In this document: positions 26,113 to 34,735 of the stretch, piece after piece
Numbering within the stretch: position 1 is the stretch's first letter
Layout: every line of letters starts with the position of its first letter
Position numbers and translations under genes: made by a program
Notes under the pieces: model-generated
The model's database searches: none
What the model saw: only the letters and a program-made list of their open reading frames with translations
Told to the model about the DNA's origin: nothing
From: Alphaproteobacteria bacterium
Lineage (GTDB): Bacteria > Pseudomonadota > Alphaproteobacteria > Rs-D84
Reading direction: 5' to 3'
DNA length: 64,000 bases
Assembly: GCA_009784275.1 (NCBI GenBank)
Contig: WRCA01000001.1
Location: 62,404 to 126,403, forward strand

Positions 26113-26280
26113 CGTAAAGGGGGTTCGCTCTCTTTATAGGGCGCAGGGGATTAGACTCCCTCCTACATTCTCTCTCCTCTAACCCTTGCGTCCGAACCAG
26201 TTCAGAATGTCCCATTTTTCTCCTTTCCTTCCTTCCTTTTGGGCACATTCGGAAAAGTCCCGCGAAAGCGGGACTTTTTT
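26113..26280 (+). ncRNA. candidate trans-acting sRNA (~170 nt) with CU-rich loops
   Basis: A strong promoter and a strong terminator (AGTCCCGC-gaaa-GCGGGACT + T6) bracket a region with no credible ORF. Two stems (gggcgcagggg/cccttgcgtcc and gaatgtccca/tgggcacattc) present large loops rich in CUCCCUCCU / CUCUCCUCU / CUCCUUUCCUUCCUUCC. Confidence 0.5.
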
Positions 26281-26294
26281 CTTTATCTCTGATA

Positions 26295-26411
26295 TCAGTA
26301 AAGCCCGCTTTGTACCTCGCGAAGAAGTGCATCATCGCCATATCGGGTTGCGCACCCGCCAACCGCGACAATCAAGGCAAAACAAAAAACAAGCGGAATA
26401 AATTTCTTCAT
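26295..26411 (-). CDS. mini-lipoprotein (38 aa), below ORF-track cutoff
   Basis: The minus strand reads MKKFIPLVFCFALIVAVGGCATRYGDDALLREVQSGLY. It has a signal peptide plus lipobox (VGGC). It ends at the shared terminator at 26253-26280. The SD is weak. Confidence 0.4.
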   Translation of the reverse strand: MKKFIPLVFCFALIVAVGGCATRYGDDALLREVQSGLY

Positions 26412-26448
26412 AGTTGAATTTTATCATAAAATCCCTTATCATAAAAGC

Positions 26449-27246
26449 ATGAAAAAAATTGCTTTGTTTTGTGGCGCCCATCGCCTGCCCTTTTTGGTTC
26501 GTGATTCATTACGTGCGAATGGCTGGGAAGTTTTTGTTATCGGCCTGCGTGGGTTTTATGATCCGGCATTAAAACCTGACTTGGTTATTCGTCTGGGCGG
26601 CGCCGGTACAGCGGCCAAAGAATGCAAAAAGCGCGGCATCACTTTATTGACCTTCGTTGGCGCAATCGGACATCCTAACTTATCCGACATTCGACCAGAC
26701 TTATGGTCTATCAGTGTTCTGGCAAAAGTTTTAAAGCATCAAAAAGGATATGACTCGATGGCGTCCGCACTTATTGCCGGCATCGAATCCAAGGGATATA
26801 AAATTATTGGTGCGCAAGAATTATGCCCTGACCTCGTCTTTGCCCCAGGTATTCAGACTCGCGTAAAACCAAGCAAGGATGACCCGAGCGTTATAGAGCG
26901 CGCGATTCACGTGTCACGTTTGATCGGTGCTGAAGATATTGGGATGAGCGTTGTCGTAGATAGACAAGTTCTGGCGATCGAGGCGGCCGAAGGTACCGCG
27001 GAAATGTTGAAACGCGTTATCAAAATTCGCAAAGGTCGCAAAGGAAGCGGCGTATTCGCAAAAATGACAAAGCCAAAGCAAGACTTGCGCATCGACATTC
27101 CAGCAATTGGTGTTGACACTGTGCGCGATGTTGCGGCAGCAGGACTTCGCGGAATTATCGTTAATGCAAAAACCTGCTTTGTCATAGACCGTGATGCAGT
27201 TATCAACGTCGCAAACAAAGCTAAAATTTTCATCATTGCCAAATAA
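26449..27246 (+). CDS. lpxI: UDP-2,3-diacylglucosamine pyrophosphatase LpxI (DUF1009)
   Basis: 265 aa. DIGMSVVVDRQVLAIEAAEGTAEMLKR...AKMTKPKQDLRIDIPAIG matches the LpxI pattern. Confidence 0.8.
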   Translation: MKKIALFCGAHRLPFLVRDSLRANGWEVFVIGLRGFYDPALKPDLVIRLGGAGTAAKECKKRGITLLTFVGAIGHPNLSDIRPDLWSISVLAKVLKHQKGYDSMASALIAGIESKGYKIIGAQELCPDLVFAPGIQTRVKPSKDDPSVIERAIHVSRLIGAEDIGMSVVVDRQVLAIEAAEGTAEMLKRVIKIRKGRKGSGVFAKMTKPKQDLRIDIPAIGVDTVRDVAAAGLRGIIVNAKTCFVIDRDAVINVANKAKIFIIAK

Positions 27247-27273
27247 CCGGCGAAGCCGCCGGTGGCTTCTAGT
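27247..27273 (+). repeat. GC-rich hairpin motif, copy 3 (CCGGCGAAGCCGCCGG-TGGCTTCTAGT)
   Basis: It lies immediately after the lpxI stop codon. The outer stem pair covaries relative to copies 1 and 2. Confidence 0.6.
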
Positions 27274-27296
27274 TGGACCGAAACTCTTTAATAACA

Positions 27297-27896
27297 ATGG
27301 CGACAATAATTCCTCTTTCTGACTATTTGCGTGAACCGTTTGATATTTCGAAGAACGTGTTATTGGGCGCGACTTTATATTCGCGCATCGATGGAAAATT
27401 ATGCGCAGGACGTATTGTTGAGTTAGAGCTTTATAAAGGCGATTGCGATCGCGCCTGTCATGCCTTTCCAAATAAGAAGACCCCGCGCAATGCAGCGATG
27501 TTCGGGATGGGTGGGCATGCTTATGTTTATTTCGTTTATGGAATGCATAACATGTTTAATGTTGTAATCGGTGATAAGAATTGTCCAAATGCTATATTGA
27601 TTCGCGCGCTGGAACCAACCGTTGGAATTGATATTATGCAAGCACGACGCGGGATTGCCGATGTACGAAACCTATGCAATGGTCCGGCGAAATTGACCGA
27701 GGCGCTGGGCATTACGACAAAACATAATGGTTTGGATTTAATCAATGGCGACAAAATCTGGATAGAATCACGGGTTGGCGTAGCGCCGAAAATCGCGGCT
27801 GGCGCGCGCATAGGGGTGGATTACGCTGGCGATGACGCAAAGTTGCCCTGGCGATTTGTCATCGCAGGCAGCAAATTCATCAGCCGGTCAATTTAA
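27297..27896 (+). CDS. mpg: DNA-3-methyladenine glycosylase (Mpg/AAG family)
   Basis: GRIVELELYKGDCDRACHAF...RNAAMFGMGGHAYVYFVYGMHNMFNVV...ILIRALEP matches the AAG-family pattern. The ATG at 27297 is preferred to the TTG at 27273. Confidence 0.85.
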   Translation: MATIIPLSDYLREPFDISKNVLLGATLYSRIDGKLCAGRIVELELYKGDCDRACHAFPNKKTPRNAAMFGMGGHAYVYFVYGMHNMFNVVIGDKNCPNAILIRALEPTVGIDIMQARRGIADVRNLCNGPAKLTEALGITTKHNGLDLINGDKIWIESRVGVAPKIAAGARIGVDYAGDDAKLPWRFVIAGSKFISRSI

Positions 27897-27912
27897 TAGA
27901 AAAAACAAGTTA

Positions 27913-27942
27913 TTGATTAAGAATTCGCTTTTATAGTATAAT
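27913..27942 (+). promoter_or_regulatory. sigma70-like promoter TTGATT-18nt-TATAAT placed for a leaderless transcript
   Basis: The -10 hexamer ends 6 nt before the ATG at 27949, and there is no SD between them. Confidence 0.45.
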
Positions 27943-27948
27943 TTTCCC

Positions 27949-29292
27949 ATGACAGCAAAGTTTAAAGTTTCCATAATCGCAATAGCGGCATCTTTGGTGT
28001 CGTTTTCTAATTCCATTGCTGCTGTCCCCAAAAAAATTCCTGCATCTACTATTAGCGCCCCTATTGCGCGCAGTGCCGCCAGTCAGCCGCGCGCTTCAAC
28101 ACAAACCTCCTTGGCTCTGTCGCGAATGCCTTCCTTTAAACTAGGTTCCGGCACAAACATTCCTGGTGGCGGTGGTTATGTAGACCTGTCTAATTATATA
28201 ACCATAAGCGAATTCAATAACTTTCAAGATGTTATCTATAACATAATAGATGGCATAGGCGACGGAGATACCGGTGCACAAGGCGCGACAGGTGCCCAGG
28301 GTCCGCAAGGCTCACAAGGCGCAACTGGTCTGCAGGGACCACAGGGCGCAAGCGAAGGCGGTTTTGGCGCACAAGGTGATATTGGTCCGCAAGGATCAAA
28401 GGGGGATCAAGGCAATACCGGCACGCAGGGCGCGCGAGGATTTCAAGGTGACAATGGTACCCCAGGTATAAAAGGTGATCAAGGGGATACAGGCGCACAA
28501 GGCGCAACTGGCGCGCAAGGTCCGACCGGAGAAGGAATAGGGATTCCTGGGTCCCAAGGAGAGCAAGGTACACAAGGTGTAACTGGGACACAAGGTTTTC
28601 AGGGTGCAAACGGAGCACAAGGCGTAACGGGCACAACTGGTCCGCAAGGCTATACCGGTGCAATGGGTCCACAGGGACATAATGGTGCGGACGGAGCCCA
28701 AGGTTATCAAGGCGAACCGGGAGTTGGCGCAAAAGGTGACCAAGGATATCAGGGTCAGAAAGGTGAATCTGGCGAAGGCATTGGAATTGCCGGACCACAA
28801 GGTCATCAGGGTGGACCAGGCGCACAGGGGAACCAAGGTTACCAAGGAGAATTGGGGGTTGGCGCGAAAGGCGATCAGGGCCATACCGGGGTGCAGGGTG
28901 CGACAGGCCAACAGGGATCGCAAGGAACCCAAGGCGCACAAGGCGCGGATGGTATGGGCTCGCAAGGCTTACAAGGTGTCCAAGGTGATGCCGGCGTCCA
29001 AGGTATAAAAGGCGATCAGGGGGATATCGGCGCACAAGGCAACCAAGGTTATACCGGCACGATAGGCCCGCAAGGCTATAACGGCGACCAAGGCCTGCAG
29101 GGATTCCAAGGCAATACTGGTAATACCGGAGCACAAGGACATCAAGGGTTCCAAGGCTATACCCCTGCAATCGGCACAACGTCCGGTACTATTGCCGGCG
29201 GCGATGACGATCGGTTCGATACTGTCCCAGATTTGCCCGGGGCGCCGGCAGGTACGCCACCCGCGGGTCGCGTTTATGTCTGGGTGCAATAA
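27949..29292 (+). CDS. secreted collagen-like (Gly-X-Y) repeat protein, paralogue 2 of 3
   Basis: 447 aa with the same N-module (…[29 protein letters not shown]) followed by G-X-Y repeats. It contains no Cys. The C-terminal tail reads [15 protein letters not shown].... Confidence 0.9.
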   Translation: MTAKFKVSIIAIAASLVSFSNSIAAVPKKIPASTISAPIARSAASQPRASTQTSLALSRMPSFKLGSGTNIPGGGGYVDLSNYITISEFNNFQDVIYNIIDGIGDGDTGAQGATGAQGPQGSQGATGLQGPQGASEGGFGAQGDIGPQGSKGDQGNTGTQGARGFQGDNGTPGIKGDQGDTGAQGATGAQGPTGEGIGIPGSQGEQGTQGVTGTQGFQGANGAQGVTGTTGPQGYTGAMGPQGHNGADGAQGYQGEPGVGAKGDQGYQGQKGESGEGIGIAGPQGHQGGPGAQGNQGYQGELGVGAKGDQGHTGVQGATGQQGSQGTQGAQGADGMGSQGLQGVQGDAGVQGIKGDQGDIGAQGNQGYTGTIGPQGYNGDQGLQGFQGNTGNTGAQGHQGFQGYTPAIGTTSGTIAGGDDDRFDTVPDLPGAPAGTPPAGRVYVWVQ

Positions 29293-29293
29293 T

Positions 29294-30229
29294 ATGAAAA
29301 ATATTTGCAAATATTTTTTCCTTTTTCTGATTCCTATAATTTTCATTAGTGATGCACATGCAGCAAGCAGCTGTGAACCGGGGTGTCATTTGGATGGGGG
29401 AATATGCAATCCATGCGACACAGGGACATATGAAAACAATGGCAACTGCATCGCATGCCCGGCGGGACAGACGGGCAATATCTTGACCGGCGCAACATCT
29501 TGCGTTAATTACAGAACTTGGAATACCAGCAATGGCGTGTCGGCATTCTTGCGTTCGACAAAAACCACAACGCCCAGCTTGATGATAAAGGATTCAGTCG
29601 GCGGTATTTATTACGGCAATTTATCCAGCACATTGCCCGGAGTATTCAAACTGGTGCATAACGGCACGTTGTATTCATTGGCAGAGCAAGGCAAGCTGCA
29701 ATCTTCTTGCGGCGGCATACCATCAGGTTTTCGAGTGATGCTGGACGGGATAAATCCCAGCGATACTTTCAACTTTCAAATATCAGCGCCCGGCAATTAT
29801 GCAATTCACTGGGGCGACGGCAACATGGATACAGTTAACAAAGCTGGCACAGCATTGACGACATATTCGCATGTGTATGCAGCCGGTGGAAATTATACGG
29901 TGACAATCGGCGGCGGCGCGACCGGGTATAGCAACAATACGACGACCGCGGCGATAAGTTTTTATAACTCGATAAACAAAAATAAAATTGTCGGCATTGA
30001 TGGCGACCTGGGCGCGATATTCCCGATACTGAATACATCCGATACCGGCAGCCCGCGGTTTTACAGAACATTCAAGGATTGCATCAATATGGCCGGCGAA
30101 GTTCCCAGCGATTTGTTTGCTGGAATTGTCGGCTTGCCGGTAACAAACATGTTTGCTGAAACATTCATGGGATGCACAAGTATCGATAGCATAGGCGACG
30201 GTCTGTTCGATGGTCTGATCGCTCAATAA
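29294..30229 (+). CDS. Cys-rich / PKD-like / 30-aa-repeat protein, truncated paralogue B
   Basis: The ATG lies 1 nt after the collagen gene stop. Signal peptide MKNICKYFFLFLIPIIFISDAHA, Cys module CEPGCHLDGGICNPCDTGTYENNGNCIACPAGQTG, and PKD-like HWGDGN...YSHVYAAGGNYTVTIGG. It has two repeats and stops after GDGLFDGLIAQ. Confidence 0.85.
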   Translation: MKNICKYFFLFLIPIIFISDAHAASSCEPGCHLDGGICNPCDTGTYENNGNCIACPAGQTGNILTGATSCVNYRTWNTSNGVSAFLRSTKTTTPSLMIKDSVGGIYYGNLSSTLPGVFKLVHNGTLYSLAEQGKLQSSCGGIPSGFRVMLDGINPSDTFNFQISAPGNYAIHWGDGNMDTVNKAGTALTTYSHVYAAGGNYTVTIGGGATGYSNNTTTAAISFYNSINKNKIVGIDGDLGAIFPILNTSDTGSPRFYRTFKDCINMAGEVPSDLFAGIVGLPVTNMFAETFMGCTSIDSIGDGLFDGLIAQ

Positions 30230-30239
30230 GAAGGGTATA

Positions 30240-31619
30240 ATGTTTTATAAAAAATTATTCTTATTAGCGTTTTTGTTTTTTGCGACCATTGGTATTGCAG
30301 TCGCCGATCCCGATACGAACCAAGGCAAAGGCCTTGCGTTGGGCAATCAAGAGCCGACAGAAATTTTGGTAAAGTTTGTACAGAATGTTGGCAAAGGCCA
30401 AGTGCCAGAATTGTCCGATGCAACAGAGGTCGGCAGCATCCCGCAAATTGGAGTAAAAATATTAAAGGTCAAAAATCCAAAAGCCATCGCAAAACTGTTG
30501 GAACATAACAAGCATGTCGTATACGCCGAACCGAACTTTATTATGCACTTCAACATCATTCCAAATGATCCGCAATGGAAATCACAATCAGCAGCACTGA
30601 ACATCATTAACGCACCGGCGGGCTGGGATATCACCACCGGTGTTGGCAGTCCCATTATCGCCATAGTCGACAGTGGCGTCGCGAGCGGCCATACCGACTT
30701 GCCTCTGCTGTTACCGGGCTATGCGGCCGTTTCTGGTCTTTCACCAAATAACGACAAGGTGGGACATGGCACCGGTGTTGCCGGCACTGCGGGCATGATT
30801 GGGAACAATGGAATCGGCGGCGCGGGCATAAACTGGAACGCACAAATTCTGCCGGTCAAAATTGACGATGCCAATGGCACAATAACGGTCGCCAATGTTG
30901 CAAAAGGCGTTATATGGGCATCAGACAATAACGCAAAGGTCATGAATCTTTCTTTGGGGACTACATCAGACAGTGTGACATTGAAAAACTCCATAGATTA
31001 TGCTTATAACAAAGGCGTCGCTATTTTCGCGGCGACCGGTAACGATGGAAAAAACAGCATCGATTGGCCTGCGCGATATCCCAACGTTATCGCTGTCGGC
31101 AGCACAGGCAACGGCACAACACGTTATTCATCTTCCAATTACGGACCCGGCATGGACGTAGTGGCCATCAGCAGTTATTACACAACAACAGCCGCGGGCG
31201 GTTGGTTGAATATGGCCGGCACATCATTCGCATCGCCCCAAGCTGCGGGCTTGGCATCGCTGGTCTTTGCGGTTTGGCCCAGTGCGACGCCCGCCCAAGT
31301 ATATGATGTTATTCGGGACGGAGCAACGACACTGGGGGGCGGATATAATCAAGAAACGGGTTATGGACTTATTAATATGAGTGCAACTTTGACGCTGGCC
31401 GTGCAACGGGCTAGCAGCGGCAATAATATCATTTGGCCAGATAGCGCGTTTGAAAATATGTTTTCTGGTTGCACTTCTCTTTCTGGACCATCCGCGAAAT
31501 CGAGCGGTCAGTTTCTTTATCAAATCGCCCCAGCACTTGTTACTGGTGCCTATACCGGCGCCACCGGGCTTTCCGATTATAACCAAATTCCCGCGTCATG
31601 GGGCGGCGGAGGCATGTGA
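30240..31619 (+). CDS. S8 subtilisin-like serine protease with I9-like propeptide and a C-terminal tail homologous to the end of paralogue A
   Basis: 459 aa with a signal peptide. Catalytic triad motifs are AIVDSGV (Asp), HGTGVAG (His) and GTSFASPQAAG (Ser). The last ~65 aa (AFENMFSGCTSLSGPSAKSSG...YNQIPASWGGGGM) align with the C-terminus of the 859-2214 protein. Confidence 0.9.
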   Translation: MFYKKLFLLAFLFFATIGIAVADPDTNQGKGLALGNQEPTEILVKFVQNVGKGQVPELSDATEVGSIPQIGVKILKVKNPKAIAKLLEHNKHVVYAEPNFIMHFNIIPNDPQWKSQSAALNIINAPAGWDITTGVGSPIIAIVDSGVASGHTDLPLLLPGYAAVSGLSPNNDKVGHGTGVAGTAGMIGNNGIGGAGINWNAQILPVKIDDANGTITVANVAKGVIWASDNNAKVMNLSLGTTSDSVTLKNSIDYAYNKGVAIFAATGNDGKNSIDWPARYPNVIAVGSTGNGTTRYSSSNYGPGMDVVAISSYYTTTAAGGWLNMAGTSFASPQAAGLASLVFAVWPSATPAQVYDVIRDGATTLGGGYNQETGYGLINMSATLTLAVQRASSGNNIIWPDSAFENMFSGCTSLSGPSAKSSGQFLYQIAPALVTGAYTGATGLSDYNQIPASWGGGGM

Positions 31620-31665
31620 TTTTTTGTTGAAATTTACCCAGAAATAAATATAATGAGCCCCACAT

Positions 31666-31742
31666 GGATGATTAGCTCAGTTGGTTAGAGCGCTTCGTTC
31701 ACATCGAAGAGGTCGGAGGTTCGAGTCCTCTATCATCCACCA
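31666..31742 (+). tRNA. tRNA-Val (anticodon CAC)
   Basis: Acceptor stem is ggatgat/atcatcc, anticodon arm cttcg-TTCACAT-cgaag, T-arm ggaggttcgagtcctc, and the CCA is encoded. Confidence 0.92.
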
Positions 31743-31767
31743 ACTACTTTGTTATTTTCTTCAAATT

Positions 31768-31789
31768 AAAACCCCGCAAATTGCGGGGT
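31768..31789 (-). terminator. intrinsic terminator of the 31809-32195 gene
   Basis: Hairpin accccgcaaattgcggggt with a T-rich run on the minus strand. Confidence 0.65.
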
Positions 31790-31808
31790 ATAAAATACGC
31801 TGTGAATT

Positions 31809-32195
31809 TTACTTTCTTTCCGAAATGCCTCTTTCCGAAACACCGCGTTCTGGGCGTTGAGTTTTATCATCTTTCATACGCTCTGGCATTTGGATACCGC
31901 AAGTTTCAAATGCTTTTTTCATGCATTCGCGGCTGGCTTCGCGGGCAGCCTTTTCTTCCTCTGTTAATTCTCTTTTATCCGGCAATTGCCCCGACTTTAA
32001 TTCTTCGCCGGATTTTTTCATTTTCATTCCGGACTTCGGACAATCTTGTTCTGCCAGGCAGGCTTTTTGTTCATCAGTGAGTTGTTCCATAAAACTGCCG
32101 ATCTTACCGCCGCTAAATTTTCCATCGGGGACGGCTTCGGCATTCGCCATAACAGGCAGCGTCAATAAAAATGCCATAATAAATATTTTTCTCAT
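31809..32195 (-). CDS. small secreted charged protein (128 aa)
   Basis: The start is set at MRKIFIMAFLLTLPVMANA (signal peptide). The ORF-track start is 32276. Confidence 0.6.
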   Translation of the reverse strand: MRKIFIMAFLLTLPVMANAEAVPDGKFSGGKIGSFMEQLTDEQKACLAEQDCPKSGMKMKKSGEELKSGQLPDKRELTEEEKAAREASRECMKKAFETCGIQMPERMKDDKTQRPERGVSERGISERK

Positions 32196-32350
32196 TTTAT
32201 TTCTCCTTTGCATTCCTGTGCGCATTATACTACATACATACAACATGACACAATTGTTATTAAATTCTTTCGACAAATGTTTTGCGTATATTAAATAAAG
32301 TATTCATTCCTATTTGCTAATCCGCGCAACGTCTATAGAATTTGCTGGAA

Positions 32351-33487
32351 ATGAATACCAAATATCTTTCCGCATCACGGCGCAATTTTTTGAAATACTT
32401 TGATTCGAAGTCTGATATGGATGCGGATTTGGGCATTAGTGTGCTGCCGCATGCTGCAGTTTCCATTAGTAAGCGGGACATAAAATTATCCCCCCAGAAA
32501 ATCAAGAACGTAAAAATTTGGCGCAAGTCACCAAAAGGCGCTGAATACATAGACGAAGATGTTATCTTCCTGGGTTATGCGGAACCTTTCATCGGGCACT
32601 TTCTGGCGGACAGCCTGTCGCGCGCTTGGCCTGTGTTAGAAGAAAAGTATGCTAATTATACCTTTGCCATTGTCAGCGATGGTCCGCTGTCTTCGCGGCT
32701 GCCAATGGACAAGTCCGCGACAAAAGCTTCTGCGGCAGAATTATTTTCGCTTTTGGGTATTAAAAAATTGTTGGTGGTGCAACGGCCGACAGCTTTCAGA
32801 AACTTACTGGTTCCGGATTCTTCTTTCAATTATATGAAAAAGATTTACAATCGGAAATACAGCGATACTTTTGCCAAGATTGCGCAAGCCGTGGAATCGG
32901 ATGAAACACTTCCAAAGAAGATTTATTTATCGCGGACAAAGCTGATTCATAATCCTGTCATTGGCGAATCCCGCATAGAAAAAATTTTCCAAGATAACGG
33001 TTACACTATTATTCACCCACAGGAATTTCCGATAGTCGAACAAATCGCAATGATAAAAAATGCGACCGATATTGCCGGGATAGAAGGAACCGCCCTGCAC
33101 CTTTCATTGTTCGCGCGCGATGGAATTAATTTGATTTGCATACATAGGTATAATGTGCCGATACCAATGCAGATACTTATCGACAAGTTGAAAAATTTCA
33201 ATGCCCAGTATGTCGACGCATCTATCGATCCTTTTTCAAAGGAGAAAAATATTTGTCCGGCATGCATAATCGGCATCAATGAAAACCTGCGCAGGTTTTT
33301 CAACGACAATAATTTTAAGCATAAGGATGATGCGGCCGCCGGCGATGCAGAGATGAAAACTTTCTTGGAAATTTACGCCCAGAATCATCGTATTTTACCA
33401 AAATGGCTTATTAACCTGATGCTGGCATTCGTTACTTCGCGAGAACGGCGACAAAAGCTGCGCAAAAAATTCGCGATTAAGTTTTAG
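32351..33487 (+). CDS. putative glycosyltransferase (GT61/DUF563-like)
   Basis: IYLSRTK...IGESRIEKIFQDNGYTIIHPQEFPIVEQIAMIKNATDIAGIEGTALHLSLF fits the DUF563 C-terminal pattern. The assignment is moderate only. Confidence 0.55.
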   Translation: MNTKYLSASRRNFLKYFDSKSDMDADLGISVLPHAAVSISKRDIKLSPQKIKNVKIWRKSPKGAEYIDEDVIFLGYAEPFIGHFLADSLSRAWPVLEEKYANYTFAIVSDGPLSSRLPMDKSATKASAAELFSLLGIKKLLVVQRPTAFRNLLVPDSSFNYMKKIYNRKYSDTFAKIAQAVESDETLPKKIYLSRTKLIHNPVIGESRIEKIFQDNGYTIIHPQEFPIVEQIAMIKNATDIAGIEGTALHLSLFARDGINLICIHRYNVPIPMQILIDKLKNFNAQYVDASIDPFSKEKNICPACIIGINENLRRFFNDNNFKHKDDAAAGDAEMKTFLEIYAQNHRILPKWLINLMLAFVTSRERRQKLRKKFAIKF

Positions 33488-34724
33488 TAATGAATGGCTT
33501 CAATTCCTTCATAACAATCGTAAGAGTATTTTCTTTTTTCTCTATAAATCTTTCAACCGCTTGATGTTGCTGCGCGTGATATTTCTTATCGGTTAATAAT
33601 TTTTCAATCGCATCCGCAAGCTGCGCGCTGTCTGCGACACGTTCCAGCGCTCCATCATTTTCCATTTCATCATACACTTCATCAAATGTCGATGTATATT
33701 TTCCCGTAACAACCACATTGCCCAACTTCATTGCTTCTATTGGGTTTGATCCGCGACAATCCGGCAACAAGGAACGTCCCATAAATGTCACATTCGAACA
33801 TCTATAGAATAAACCCATTTCGCCGATCGTATCTGCGACATATACATCGCCCGAAGGCTCTGCACCATCTGAACGAAAAGTTAGTTTTAAATTGCCCGAC
33901 CTTTTCGCTAACTCCCCCCTCGCACTGGGATGTCGCGGTGTAATCAGCAATAAAATATTTGGAACTTTTTTCTTTAATTCGCGATGTGCGGCAAACACTA
34001 TTGGACCTTCGGTTTCGCCCAATACAGCCGCGTGCCACACCGGACGGCTGCCTATTATCGCTTGTAACTTTTTACGATCTTCCGATTTATCCTGCGGCGG
34101 CGGGGTTGTATATTTCAGGTTATCAATCACCGATACATTTTCTGCACCCAGCGCAGTTAATCGCGCCGCATCTGTTTTTGATTTTGCCATAATTTTTGTA
34201 AAAGACTTTAGCATTCCATGCGCGAATGCTTTATTTCTCTTGTTGCGCGTGAAAGACTTTTCCGACATTGCCCCATTGATTAAGAAATTTGGAACACCCG
34301 CGCGATGCAAAGCATCCAGCTGTATCGGCCACAAATCAGAATCCACACGCACCGCCAAGTCCGGATGCCAATGCCGCATAAAGCGCCGCACCGCGAATGG
34401 CACATCAATCGGCACATACTGATGGAGCGCATCAAAATTCTTTGCGACTTTCGCCGATGTAACTGTGCCGCTGGTCAGTAATATACTAGCCTTTGGATAT
34501 TCTTTATGAATCCTGCCAATAAGACCGCGCATGGAATTTATTTCCCCGACGCTTGCGCCATGCAGCCATATCAGAAATCCCTGTGGACGTGCAAGGCTGG
34601 GGCGCCCCAGCCTTTCCGCAAATCTGTCGGGATGGGCATCTTCCTTGCCCCGGCGGCGCCTTATCCCCAGATATAATCTTATCAACGGATACAGAAGTGT
34701 TATTAGAGATTTATACATAAACAT
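33477..34724 (-). CDS. waaA: 3-deoxy-D-manno-octulosonic acid (Kdo) transferase
   Basis: 415 aa. The N-terminal membrane anchor and LIWLHGASVGE are colinear with WaaA/KdtA. Confidence 0.88.
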   Translation of the reverse strand: MFMYKSLITLLYPLIRLYLGIRRRRGKEDAHPDRFAERLGRPSLARPQGFLIWLHGASVGEINSMRGLIGRIHKEYPKASILLTSGTVTSAKVAKNFDALHQYVPIDVPFAVRRFMRHWHPDLAVRVDSDLWPIQLDALHRAGVPNFLINGAMSEKSFTRNKRNKAFAHGMLKSFTKIMAKSKTDAARLTALGAENVSVIDNLKYTTPPPQDKSEDRKKLQAIIGSRPVWHAAVLGETEGPIVFAAHRELKKKVPNILLLITPRHPSARGELAKRSGNLKLTFRSDGAEPSGDVYVADTIGEMGLFYRCSNVTFMGRSLLPDCRGSNPIEAMKLGNVVVTGKYTSTFDEVYDEMENDGALERVADSAQLADAIEKLLTDKKYHAQQHQAVERFIEKKENTLTIVMKELKPFITKT

Positions 34725-34735
34725 TTATTTTTCCT

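Noticed and set aside
25619-26280. Identity of the two non-coding regions as SRP RNA, tmRNA, RNase P RNA or 6S RNA
   Set aside because: The hallmark motifs are absent. There is no GGAAGCAGCC-type SRP domain IV, no tRNA-like acceptor/T-arm with a tag ORF, and no GAGGAAAGUCC P4 element. 6S RNA cannot be excluded by eye, but the large CU-rich loops do not resemble its central bubble.
26105-26371. 88-aa minus-strand ORF across the candidate sRNA
   Set aside because: It spans a terminator hairpin and a promoter-terminator-bounded plus-strand unit, and has no SD. The short lipoprotein ORF (26295-26411) explains the coding potential at its 5' side better.
29192-29293. Upstream extension of paralogue B overlapping the 3' end of the collagen gene
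   Set aside because: The signal peptide begins at the ATG at 29294, 1 nt after the collagen stop. The extension has no features.
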